DNA of 64,000 bases, taken from Phoronis australis. Lineage: Eukaryota; Animalia; Phoronida. Shown piece by piece: positions 14,594 to 26,462 of the stretch. The DNA lies in NCBI GenBank assembly GCA_002633005.1, contig NMRA01000012.1:886564-950563 (forward strand), given 5' to 3'. The translations under genes and the position numbers were made by a program. How positions within the stretch are numbered: position 1 is the first letter of the stretch; the number at the start of each line of letters is the position of its first letter. A model generated the notes under the pieces. It saw nothing but the letters and a program-made list of their open reading frames with translations. It searched no databases and was not told the origin of the DNA.

Positions 14594-15742
14594 ATGAGTA
14601 GTCCAGATTGTTGTGTACTATTTGCTCTGGCTGTAATGATACCGTTTGCAGCAAGTGTGCAGCAGCGAAACGTTCTTGTATTCGGTGGCAACGGGTTGCT
14701 GGGGTCGCAGTGTGTCGAGGACCTTCTAACGTCAGGTTACAGCGTAACTATAGCCAACAGGGGGACTTGGTACTGGGACACGGCGGAGACGATCAAGAAT
14801 CGAGTGCGACACATCAAGTTCGATAGATACGATAAACCGTCTTCTGAACTTCTCGACTTCGTGAGCAACAATGCATTAGATGCGATTATCGATTTCAGTG
14901 CATATGTTGGAAGAGTAATAACGAACATCGAGGACATGCTAAAGAAAAACCCACCAAAAATTTACGTTTATATCAGTACCGATTCAGTATACGAAGTAGT
15001 AGAAAAGGTAGATTATTCAAAACCATCACGAGAGGAAGACGCCGTGAGACCTTTAGATCCTGTCGTTCGCGAACAGCTGTCAAAACGGGACGGATACGGA
15101 CATGGAAAACTAGAAGTGGAAGAAGTTTTAGCGCACCTCGGAATCCCACATGTGTCGCTTCGTCTGCCTGACGTCATTGGTCCCAGGGATAATACAAAAA
15201 GATGGTGGTTGACATTCCTTTGGATTGCTCTGCCAAAAGGAAAGTACCTTCCATTCCAGGTTCTTGATATGGAGAATACACAGTTGAGCTTTGTATACAC
15301 AAAGGACGTTTCTTCGGCAGTTTTGCAGATTTTGATGAAACCAGAGCCTTTCTTCAACCAAGCAATAAACTTTGCATGGGAAAAAACTTTATCCTCATTA
15401 GAGTTGTACCAAGAAATAGCCAAGCGCTTTCAAGTTGAACTCCACTACGAAATAGCTACCCGCGAATCGGCCGTTCCAATAATATTCCCATCGGTAACTA
15501 GGGGTGCTATTGATGTAACCAAAGCGAACAAATTGGGTTTAATAGCCACTACTGATTGGAAGACCGCTCTAAATGAAACAATCCAGTTCTATCGAAATGC
15601 ATTAAAAGAGACGAAGTTTGAACGTGAGCGACAGGAAGTGTTATCCATCTTGGCTGATATCGTTGGGGAATCTGATGTACAGCGATTGTTATACTCTGTC
15701 TTGGAGCAAGCAAACTTTGGTGATCAGCATGATGAACTATGA
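14594..15742 (+). CDS. NAD(P)-dependent epimerase/dehydratase (extended/atypical SDR), predicted ER-lumenal, 382 aa
   Basis: Open ORF with a hydrophobic N-terminal signal peptide, VLVFGGNGLLG Rossmann motif, YISTDSVY, catalytic YGHGK (YxxxK), LRLPDVIGP and C-terminal HDEL. A splice acceptor (TTTTTCAG, AG at 14578-14579) lies 14 nt before the ATG. Confidence 0.93.
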   Translation: MSSPDCCVLFALAVMIPFAASVQQRNVLVFGGNGLLGSQCVEDLLTSGYSVTIANRGTWYWDTAETIKNRVRHIKFDRYDKPSSELLDFVSNNALDAIIDFSAYVGRVITNIEDMLKKNPPKIYVYISTDSVYEVVEKVDYSKPSREEDAVRPLDPVVREQLSKRDGYGHGKLEVEEVLAHLGIPHVSLRLPDVIGPRDNTKRWWLTFLWIALPKGKYLPFQVLDMENTQLSFVYTKDVSSAVLQILMKPEPFFNQAINFAWEKTLSSLELYQEIAKRFQVELHYEIATRESAVPIIFPSVTRGAIDVTKANKLGLIATTDWKTALNETIQFYRNALKETKFERERQEVLSILADIVGESDVQRLLYSVLEQANFGDQHDEL

Positions 15743-16261
15743 CCAAACACAATGAATCACTATCAACCTGCATACACTGCATGCTGTAACCAAAAAAGTG
15801 TTTACAGGGGGCTAAGCGTGAAGTTGTTGCCGCCTGGGCTGAAAGGAGTGGCAACGTTGGGCACTGCAATAGGAGGGGAAGAGTAAATTGAAATGAACAA
15901 GGGTGGCTAGGGTCCCGCTACATAATTGCCTTTATAGCATCCAATCATCTTGACTAGCCGAGACAGAACAGGACGCGCAGGGAAATAAAATTTTACACAA
16001 AAATGATGTTTTGTTAAAGAGACACAATGGGTTTAGGACCGAGAAAACGTGTTCTTGGGATTTTTGTGTTGGATACACTTCTTGAAGTTATTGGGTCTGA
16101 CCAGAGCTATAAAGCAGCGAAATACGCTATTTCTTCTGATTTTACTTGAAATCGCCGTTCTCAACGTTGGGTTCCAGTCATTCTGTAGAATTAAATGAAA
16201 TCGAGACCATAAACTTTATCAGTTAAACACACATCAGGTAAAGTACACAGCTACTTTCCAC

Positions 16262-16490
16262 ATTGACCTTTAGCTCTAGTGGCAAAGCGTTGTACTTTCA
16301 CCGCTGGGGTGGAGAGTTCGAATCCGTCATCAGTTGGTGTTGATTTCAAGCCACAAAACTCACTAACAATGTTGACTTTAGTCAAGGAGTATTTTTGCCC
16401 TTCATCACTTGCTATCCAGAACCCAGTTACTATCTGGTTAATGCCTTCCATAGTTCGTTCTACTTCGGCTCCACCCACCCCCATTTGGTT
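16262..16490 (+). mobile_element. tRNA-derived SINE remnant
   Basis: A-box-like TAGCTCTAGTGG and B-box GAGTTCGAATCC followed by about 160 bp of body. Most of it is missing at the paralogous site near 52750. Confidence 0.5.
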
Positions 16491-17434
16491 AGTCTTGCCT
16501 ATGAGTCCACCTACTAGATTAAAAAGCTCATTCACTTTTACTTCTCAGGCTCAGGACTGGAGGCCTACTTTCCTGAGAACTAGATAGTTGAGAAAATATC
16601 TCTTGGGGGTGACTCGCTAAGGCTTGTCCACGCCTGTTACAATCTCTTCATAAATTGAAACAAGGGCGTGACGCATTGGTTTCGGTCCGTCCAGTTTTTG
16701 TAATATTTTGAGAAATTTCTAAAACACGTTTGCCAACGTTGCGGAAATGATTGAGGGAAATTGGAATTGCGGATGAAAAGGTTGAACACACGCACCAAGG
16801 AGAGGCTGTGTAGCCTTGGTGCTTCGGCTGGGATTACTGGTGTTACAGTAAACATAAAACAAAAAGAGAAAATAAGGCGTGGGCGCGGGACTGGCTATTT
16901 TGCTTCAAGTTCTTGTTATTTTGCTTCTATATCCCTTTGAAGATGCGACGTGCATGTAAAGGCAGCGACAAAAGGCGCCACAGATCAATCATTTGTCTGT
17001 CTTTTCGTGGTCCAAATGAAACTGATTGACAGCGCTGTGAAGACTGGCACTTCCCACGTAAGATCAGGACTGAGTTCCTGCCGTAAATGCAAGACAGTCG
17101 AGTCACAATGAGAAATTTCTCCCTTAATTAAAAATTCCCTCCTCGCCAACCAATCACTTTATTGGCGTCCAGTTTGGTAGTATACTTGAGAAACACCTGC
17201 CATTCATGCAAGCAATTTTGCGCCGAATCACGGTATTCTGGTACGAAAACTTGCTGTATACCGCAAGATATCACCAATGTCTTGCATGTTTAGATCGCGA
17301 CCAAAATGGCCATCACTCTAGATGTTGTATATGATTGGACAGCTTTGTTAAGATGTTTATTGCTATAGTAACAAAAGGTAGCTAGAGCTTGGAATGTTTG
17401 TGTTGTAACAATTTTTCGTACACTTGCTTTTTAA

Positions 17435-19080
17435 AGGAGCATGCCACCCAAAAAACAACCTAATTTGTATCAATTTAGATCGAGTAGTTGTACTCCATAA
17501 CGACACGTACGGTTGCGTTACCTGACGGCAGACGGAGATGTCGAAATTATCCAATGACGTCATCGGTTTCACACGCAGTCTGTTCAGCAGTTCACAACCC
17601 GGGTTACTGATGTCAGCTTATCGCTTGAAGTCATCGTTTAACACCAATAAATCATCAAACTTCGATGTAAAACCCTTGAAAATACACCGAGTTCTTATAA
17701 AAACGTGTTGTTTCATTTCGCTCTTACGGATTTATTGGTATTTGAACACACCGTAGCCTACAACTAAGTTCGGCAGGCCAATAAGGTCCGTAGCAGGAGT
17801 TTGGGGTCTGTTCGGAGATAATTTCGAAGTATTTTCCGTGAGATACAGATAGGAGAACCTAGATCTGTGTTGTTTAGACTGATTTTTTTAGTTCTAAACA
17901 CAAAACGCTTGTTATCCTGGCCAGTGGGTCGGAGCCCGATCAGGCCCGTAGCGGCCGGCCGGAGTCGATTCCGCCGTTATCCCGGCCAGTGCCGTGCATA
18001 AACCAGCCAAAGTTCAGTGGAAACTAAACTTTCAGTCAAGAAAATACTATACGCGTGAGCCAAAGTAATGTGCACGTGATTATGTTGGTGAATTAGCCAG
18101 GAAACTGCAAATCTACTTACTCGTCGGGGGCCGCGAATTCAGGTTCCGCTTTGGCCACAGCACCGTCAGGGCAGAAGTTGTACATTGGCAATCATTATTT
18201 GAGTAATGTAAATGTAAATAAAGATTCCCCAAACACCTGGCCGTGGGATGGAAATCGAGTTGTTTCACAACATTTTCTGCCAGCAAACACTAAATTAGCA
18301 TGAGCTCACACGGCCTCGGTGTCCCGTCAATTAGTTTTATTGCACCTAAAGCCGGTAACGCAGTGATTTATTCATTGCTGGCTTCTCAAATCATTTGCAC
18401 TCACGAACACTCCAAAGGCATTACAAATTGCATCTAATGAGACAGACTTTGTTTCAGTTTTATATAAGTATTGGTTAGAGTGAGAATAATTCATTTTGAA
18501 ACAGAACGCTCAGTAAACGCCAACACGGCAACTTGCAATCCCGACTTAGGACGAGCTAGAGCTCATCAGTCCCGACTTCGCAAGTGGATCGTTACGTTTT
18601 ACAGGCAATCAATACGAACAGGAATACAGTGATGAAGAAATACTAGAGAGGCGCCGTGAACAAACGGAACGTATGTAGTTATTTGGTAAGCCAGCATTCG
18701 TCAGGCACTGTCGACGTGTGCAGGCCACGTACAGACACGGAGATGTTTCACGGCCTCATACTTGCTATTTACAGCATACATTTCATTCTTCACTACCACG
18801 AGCCACTTCCTAAGCATTTCGGACTCTCGAGGAAGTAAAAAAAACGATATACCCGCTTTCCTCGCAGCTGCTTAGTTCGGTCAAGCGGGAACGATGCACC
18901 GCAACGCAGCGGCATTCACTCTGCATATGAACCACTGACGTCGCTAGCGTCGTTTCTCACCTCCTTCACAGGTTAACGCGACACCTCTTGGCAAGGTAAG
19001 GACGACCGTATGCGAGACGATGTAGATATTGACTGATTAAGACGGCAAAAAAGACTAATTAAATCGAGTGGCATTCTCCT
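17435..19080 (-). mobile_element. Kolobok-like family A, copy 2, inserted in the last exon of the ECI pseudogene
   Basis: TTAA|AGGAGCATGCCACCC ... GAGTGGCATTCTCCT|TTAA. The paralogous empty site CACTTGCTTTTTAATTGTTCCC at about 53671-53692 has a single TTAA, which demonstrates the 4-bp TSD. Confidence 0.92.
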
Positions 19081-19520
19081 TTAATTGTTCCCATTGTATT
19101 GCGGTCAAATGCTTTGCTGATGATGTCCACTGCCGTGACCATTATACTAGCTTTGTTATATCACAGTGTGCCTGGACGATGCCATCTTTGTATGCCTTTT
19201 CTCCTGTGTACCGCCTTCCAAGGATAACAGCTTCGGACATAGCCGCCCCAGGTGGTATTTTTAATCTACAAAATGTAACTCTGTTGAACCCACGAACTCG
19301 GTGACAAGCCCGCGTTGCCGTCAAAGAAACGAATTTTTGATTTAGATCGACAACTGGTTGTAAAACTGATCTGAAGTGGCTACTTACTGGGATTAAGGAA
19401 TTTATGGTCTTTGAAAGAACTCAAGACAATTCGTTGTTGTTGAGATCATAATGCTCGCCGGCCAGTAAAATCATGCAGCCGCATGAATAGCTGACTTGTT
19501 GAGCCTGGCCTTGTCTCACA

Positions 19521-19676
19521 CAGTGTTGTAGTGGTAAAATTAGAGGTAAGTAGGCGCCCAAAGCCCACCGTATCAACTTGAGCACTGAATGTAACTTACG
19601 GTGTGTAGGTGTTTCTTTCAAAAGCCGAAAGGTGGTTGGCTGCGCCTACGTGCGCCTACGCTCCACTACGGCACTG
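19521..19676. mobile_element. hAT-type MITE (156 bp) with 8-bp TSD
   Basis: TIRs CAGTGTTGTAGTGG / CCACTACGGCACTG, flanked by GTCTCACA and GTCTCACT. Absent at the paralogous site near 54105. Confidence 0.8.
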
Positions 19677-21470
19677 GTCTCACTACGCTCGCGTAGTAAT
19701 TATCTGACAATTATTTCCAAGCCAAGAAACCACCTCCAGTTTGAATACGGAACAAATCGAGAACAGTTTCATACTAACTCGAAGTGGTCGAAATGAAAAT
19801 TTAGTTTCTTTTCCATTGGCGGATTTACTAACAGCTTCATTTATTTACAGCTGCAAACTTTCGGGTGAGTCAAATTCCTGAGGGTCTACAAAATTTAGGA
19901 GGCATTCATTGTTTAACAAAGGCTAATTTTATCAGAAATGAAAACTTATTTTCAACAGAAAAATGGTGTAAATGTCCGTTATTATGTTTCTGACTAAAAA
20001 TTACAATATTCAGTGAATCATTATTTAGTATAATCACCGATATAAAATCGTTTCACAGACGCGTAGCTACGTTTGGGCGCAAGAAAATAAACGTAAAGCC
20101 AAGACGACAATAAAGTGAGTTTCTTTAGGTTTGTTTCTGCCAAATATCACTGATACCGTGTTCCGTCGGATACCCCAAGATGTTCAAATAATACCAGACT
20201 GTCCACGACACCTTGGCAAGGGTTTGGTGTGTGGCGAAAATTTATAGACAAAGTTAAATGATACACTTGGCTTATTGCAACTGGTGTTCCGATATACCGC
20301 CACAAAATGACCACAAATGGCCCACTCGGCGTATCGGACAAAAAACAGGCCTAAAGTGATAATTGCACGTGTTTTTCTGACCGTATTTTTGTAGTCTATA
20401 TTCAAAGGATAGCAAACACTATACACGCTTTCACAGTTGCTACGAAAGGTAGCATTGTGGAATGTTGTTTATCATGGCTTCTCATCGGTTAAAGTAATGA
20501 AACCGACGTCATAACATTCAGTTGTTCCCATTGGTTGAAATCTAGGAAACTCTCTCAGTTTACTGTTGCGTAGTATGGCGACCACCTTTGACTTGAATTT
20601 TTATTAAAACGGGCAATAATCGAAGTAAATAAAATTAAGGAAACCCAGATCCAGTAACTAAGCCCGAACAAGTATAATGCATAGAAGGCGTGTGAAAGTG
20701 ATGGCGATGCGATCGATACAATTCCGACGAAGCGTGTGCATTGATTCCCATACACAGAATTCTGTGTGTCGTTTGTTCATGGTGTTTCCATTGGGCCACT
20801 TCTCAATATAGGTGGCGCGGTTTCAGAGGGTATACCAAACACTTCATCGAAAGGGAATTTCTATCCAAGTTACAACATTATATATATACGGATGCAAAAT
20901 CGATCAGTCAACGATTTCACAGAGTATTACTACGGAAGTTGTTAGAAAACCTCTCCCGATGTAATATCACTTGGTACATACCTAAGGAATTCCATCAAGA
21001 AGACATTGAAAGGAAGTCGCACGTGCACCTCGTTAAAGCAGAGCCAGCCTCTCGTGTTACTCATGGCGGAGTAGTCATGAGCCAAAGCTAGGAATGCGCC
21101 AGCCGCGAATGCGTTACCTAGAAATAACCAAGGGAAAGCACGGTGGACGTGTCGATGAAATCGACTTCTAAAAGTTTAGAAAATATACTGTGGCCGTGAT
21201 CTGGTAATACCGGTAAATCCTGCACGGTAGAGTCACCAAATAATTTATGCAGTTGCCGAGTACTCCGATATTCTCACTGGCGTTACTTGGATTATTATCG
21301 CCTATAGGGCGAATAGTAATGCTGCACCCTCCCTCCGGTCGCCACCAATTTCTCTTCTTGGGAATGCTCACGTGAGAGTTATTTACTTTGAATATTGCAA
21401 GAACGTTTGGAAAAAAAATCGCCTTGACACAAGGTTGACAATCTTCCGGATTCGAGGCCCACACGGGTCA

Positions 21471-22027
21471 CAGTGACGGATCTAGGATATCACAAGGGGG
21501 GCCAACATTTCGTCTGTAAGCATTTAAGCAAACCACGACTGTAGATGCGCATAGCACCGAATGGGGGGAGGTCGGGAAGGGGGTTTGCCCGCCAAGGAAA
21601 TTTTTCTGTTTTTTCCTCTAAAAATCAAGCATTTTCCTTGATTCCTGAAGTATTATCCAATAAAAAAGGCAAAAAAAAAACAGAGAACGTGTCAAACAGG
21701 GAAAACTACTACACCACTACGATTTATCTCCTAACTAGTTACTAAGAGACCTACTTATTTATGATCCACAGCGTTTGCGCGCGAAACCTACTTCGTTTTG
21801 TAATGCTTATTACACGTTTTATGTTTTGTGCAATCGGTTCGTAACAAATGTGTTGTATTTAAAATAGTCTTCAATTGCCCAAAAGACCAAATCCGTTTTT
21901 CGTATTGGCAATAATGATGGGATTGTTTTGGAAATCGTCTTAAGTTAAGGTTTGACAAAGAGAGAATTTTGAGTTTCTGAGTGATTCACTAAGGCTTCAA
22001 TTAAAATTGAGATCTTACCAGCAGCTT
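21471..22027 (+). mobile_element. interspersed repeat with CAGTG(A/G)CGGATCTAGG terminus (hAT-like non-autonomous element)
   Basis: Homologous over about 560 bp to the reverse complement of 41730-42343. Absent from the paralogous intron near 55700. Confidence 0.75.
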
Positions 22028-22875
22028 GTTTTTTCATTATCACTCAGGTTCCATTCTCTTTAAAAAATGAAGTGGAGCAGACGACGGAAACGGAGTTGTA
22101 GTGCGCAGCGCCACTGCCGGTCGCCTGGGATATCGCGAGAGATACTATACTTAGCCATAGTTCCGTTACGATTGCGTAGTGTTCCGAATGTGACAACTCC
22201 TCCCCCCCCATCCCCCCTCCCCCACCCCTCAACACTAAAACTGCACACATTTAAATCTTGTTTCATCCGNTTCATTTGCTAAATATTTTATCGTCTGCAA
22301 CTCAGGCACCGATTCCTCGGTAGCTACAATACCAAATATTGTTGTTATTTAACTAATTTCAGGAGAAGTTACAAGTTTAATGAAAAGTTACCCTTGTTTT
22401 CATTTTTGTTATCTCTTTTCAAGTAATAAAAACTCACATTTAAAATGTTTCTTTACTAGAGAAAACTTCCATCCTAATGCGCAAGTACATACATATAGGA
22501 TGTGATCCGCCACGTGAACAGTCTGAGTGAAGTATTTATAAGATGTGCGGGAAAAAATGAAAAAAATCTTAGGAATTCGAAGCATATGGGATAAATACAA
22601 AACGCACCTCTATTGACGTACATGAAGTAATATCCCACGAGAAATTATTTCGCGTATCGACCGAGGGGATATTACTTTATGTGTGCCACACTCGGTACGT
22701 TTTGTGTATGTATTCGTAAGGACATGAGAAAATGCGGCAGCTCATGAGATTTTTTATTAACGAGAAACCCGGGATGAGAACCCCCATACGCTCCTAAGGT
22801 AGGAAGAATCTATTCTGGTAAACGCATGCAATTGGGGATGGACAGAACGGACAGAAACTCGAACCAAGTGACGAG

Positions 22876-23015
22876 CACGGCCGGCGTACCATAAGGGGCT
22901 TGGGGGGGGGGCTATAACTGGGGGGTCTATTACCCCCACTTATTTCAGTGCTGCGCACCCTTTAGGGGACTGAGGGGCTGTAGCCCCCACTTCCAGTGCT
23001 GCGCCGGCGCCCATG
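22876..23015. mobile_element. short MITE family containing GGGGGCTATAGCCCCC / CAGTGCTGCGC
   Basis: Related copies at about 28609-28750, 38471-38710, 46478-46612 and 58400-58467. This copy is absent from the paralogous intron near 56055. Confidence 0.65.
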
Positions 23016-24781
23016 ACGAGTCATTTGCTGTCTTTTCGCACGTCACTGGTATGTGTTGCGCTACTCGTTTGCTCAGGGCACATGAATTTAATTTCCTAAC
23101 ATTGTGTTCACAATGTTCACCCACTGACTGGATTTAGGCACTACATATACCGCGATAGCTCAGGAGCTGTTTCTCGAAGTTTATTGGCCAAACATTTTGT
23201 CTATTTCGTGGCTTTGGGTTTTACTGTGCTTCCGAGCCCACTACGTATTTCTGTCTTTTGGCTTCGAGTTGTGGACTGATTAACTGACTTTTAGCCTTGA
23301 CCTGATTTCGTGAAACAGTTTAAGCCATTCGTAGATTGATTTGTAGAAGCCAAAAGTAGAGACTCTTCATGAAGCTCTCCCCCCAGGTGGCATTGGTTCG
23401 ATATCGGGATTTAGGGTACTGACTGGGCCGATGGCAAGCGTTTCCACTATAGCAATCAGGTTGCCGTTGTATTAAAATAATGTTTTGTATTATAGTGAAG
23501 GTGAAAGTGTGAATTGTCTAAACGATACTATAGATATAGATCCCCAGTTGATGAACGATTTTAGTAGAACTGTCAAGCTGCGAAAAACCGCCAGTCACGG
23601 TCCACAAATAGATGTAACATTTGTCATTTTTTAATTGATGACTTTGATGATTAAAAACTACAGACACGAGATAGCAACCCGGTTGAGCTGCGTAGACGCA
23701 AGAAACTCGAGGCAAGATCAGGATAGATATTGTCATGCATTGCAAGTGAAGCACGTGATCACCTAGCTCTAGTCGTGAAATTCTTTTGGGCGTCTCCGGA
23801 ACCAAGACGGAACGCAAGCCCGGTCTATACTACTATCACCGTTGAATTTCCGTTTGAAGACAGCGATGTGTAGAAGTCATACCGTTTACCGCGGCTATTG
23901 TAGAAAATGACAACACCATAATCCGCAATAACGTTCTACACAGCTCGTCAGAGAACCTGTTTCTTTCTCGAGTCCACTTGATAACGTTTTAATGAATTCA
24001 AGATTAATGCCGTTACTGAAAAAATTGCCAGTCGCTGTCGTAATCATTCCCTTTATGTTGTTCATCCTGGAAAATGAATTTCGTAATGTCACGCACTTAC
24101 GCATACGTGTATATTTAAAGCCACAAACCACTAAGGGATATGCTCTATCTAGCGTTTAGGAATGAAACCAGTATGTTCTTAAATTTTACTGGTTAGCTGG
24201 CACATGAAGTTGGAGCTCAAAAAGAAACGCCTAGTGATTTTTAACGCTTTTATTCAGATTTTCAACATCTAAAGGGACGTTATGAGGGCGTGGTTAAATA
24301 TAATAATCAGTTATTACGATGGTACGTTTTCTGTAGACTCACAGCGAAAATAACAAATTATGCACCAGGTGACGCAACCACGTAAAGCGTGTCAAAAGCC
24401 GAGTCACGATGATCAACTCCTCAAAAGTAAGTACCCGCATTATTTTTCATTGTGAAGTCTGCATGCTACTGGTGTGTAGCATGTCGAGTGGTAAAATTGT
24501 ATTTACTGTAACGCCACAGACTGACTGAACATAAATCATAAGTTAGGGAATAAGATGTCTTTTGAAAGAAAGGTAGTTCCTTATTTGGTGATAAACGATG
24601 TTCACCATTCTTTAAAAGAATCATTATAAGGAATAGGGCTAGTCTTACAACACCTGCGCGTTAATTCACTGATTCCAGAATTAGCAGCATGTTTTCATTA
24701 GATTTAAAAAAATTTAATTAAAGAATGGCATGCAGTATTAACTTGCTATAGCCTGGGTGCTAAAAGAGGCATTCCGTTTAA

Positions 24782-26462
24782 AGGATCATGACACCCAAAA
24801 AACAACCTTATTTGTATCAATTAAGATCAAGTAGTTCTACTCGATAACGACACGTACGGTTGCGTTACCTGACACCTTACGGCAGACAGAGGTGTTGAAA
24901 TTATCCAATGACGTCATCGGTTTCACACGCAGTCTGTTCAGCAATTCACAACACTGGTTACTGGTGTCAGCTTATCGCTTGAAGTCATCGTTTAACACCA
25001 ATAAATCATCAAACTTCGATGTAAAACCCTTAAAAATACACCGAGTTCTTATAAAAACGTGTTGTTTCATTTCGCTCTTACGGACTTATTGGTATTTGGA
25101 CCACACCGTGGCCTACAAAGTTCGGCAGGCCAATAAGGTCCGTAGCAGGAGTTTGGGGTCTGTTCGGAGATCATTTCGAAGTATATTCCGTGAGATACAG
25201 ACAGGACAACCTAGATCTGTGTTGTTTAGACTTGTGATTTTTTAAGTTCTAAACACAAAACTCTTGTTATCCTGGCCAGTGGCTCGGAGCCCGATCAGGC
25301 CCGTCGCGGCCGCTCGGATTGACTCGGCGTTATTCCGGCCAGTGGCTCGGAAACTGATCAGAAATCACGAACATAAGCCAGCCAAAGTTCAGTGGAAACT
25401 AAACTTCCAGTCAAGAAAATACTATACTAGTGAGCCAAAGTAATGTGCACGTGATTATGTTGGTGAATTAGCCACGAAACTGCAAATCTACTTACTCGTC
25501 GGGGGCCGCGAATTCAGGTTCCGCTTTGGCCACAGCACCGTCAGAGCAGAAGTTGTACATTGACAATCATTATTTGAGTAACGTAAATGTAAATAAAGAT
25601 TCCCCTAACACCTGGCCGTGGGATGGAAATCGAGTTGTTTCACAACAGTTTCTGCCAGCAAACACTAAATTAGCATGAGCTCACACGGCCTCGGTGTCCC
25701 GTCAATTAGTTTTATTGCACCTAAAGCCGGTAACGCAGTGATTTATTCATTGCTGGCTTCTCAAATCATTTGCACTCACGAACACTCCAAAGGCATTACA
25801 AATTGCATCTAATGAGATAGACTTTGTTTCAGTTTTATATAAGTATTGGTTAGGGTGAGAATAATTCATTTTGAAACAGAACGCTCAGTAATAAACGCCA
25901 ACATGGCAACTCGCAATCCCGACTTAGGACGAGCTAGAGCTCATCAGTCCCGACTTCGCAGGTGGATCGTTAAGTTTTACAGGCTATCAATTCGAACAGG
26001 AATACAGTGATGAAGAAATACTAGAGAGGCGCCGTGAACAAGCTCAGACAAAGTAACGTATTGAGTTATTTAGTAAGCCGGCATTCGTCAGGCACTGTCG
26101 ACGTCTGCAGGCCACAGACATGGAGATGTTTCACGGCCTCATACTTGCTATTTACAGCGTACATATCATTCTTCACTACCATGAGCCACTTCCTAAGCAT
26201 TTAGGACTCTCGAGGAAGTAAAAAAACAATATACCCGCTTTCCTCGCAGCTGCTTTGTTCGGACAAGCGGGAACGATGCACTGCAACACAGCGGCATTCA
26301 CTCTGCATATGAACCATTGACGTCGCTACCGTCGTTTCTCACCTTCCTCACAGGTTAACGCGACACCTCTTGGCAAGGTATGGTCGACCGTATGCGAGGC
26401 GATGTGGATATAGACCGATTAAAACGGCAAAAAAGACTAATTAAATCGGGTGGCATTCTCCT
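24782..26462 (-). mobile_element. Kolobok-like family A, copy 3
   Basis: TTAA|AGGATCATGACACCC ... GGGTGGCATTCTCCT|TTAA, colinear with copy 2. A GYQFEQEYSDEEILERRREQ remnant starts at about 25982 on the + strand. Confidence 0.88.

Larger units (their letters stand above)
17382..24066 (-). pseudogene. enoyl-CoA isomerase/hydratase pseudogene (paralogue of 53632-59056)
   Basis: Exons 24066-23883 (5 nt longer than the paralogue, frameshift), 21117-20982, and 19265-19081 plus 17434-17382. The last exon has a 5-nt insertion, a 15-nt deletion and is split by a 1646-bp transposon. It still ends ...HSKL*. No exon 1 was found upstream. Confidence 0.9.

Noticed and set aside
17435-19080. piggyBac assignment because of the TTAA TSD
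   Set aside because: Termini are AGG...CCT rather than CCY...RGG, and the THAP and KolX-like remnants fit Kolobok.
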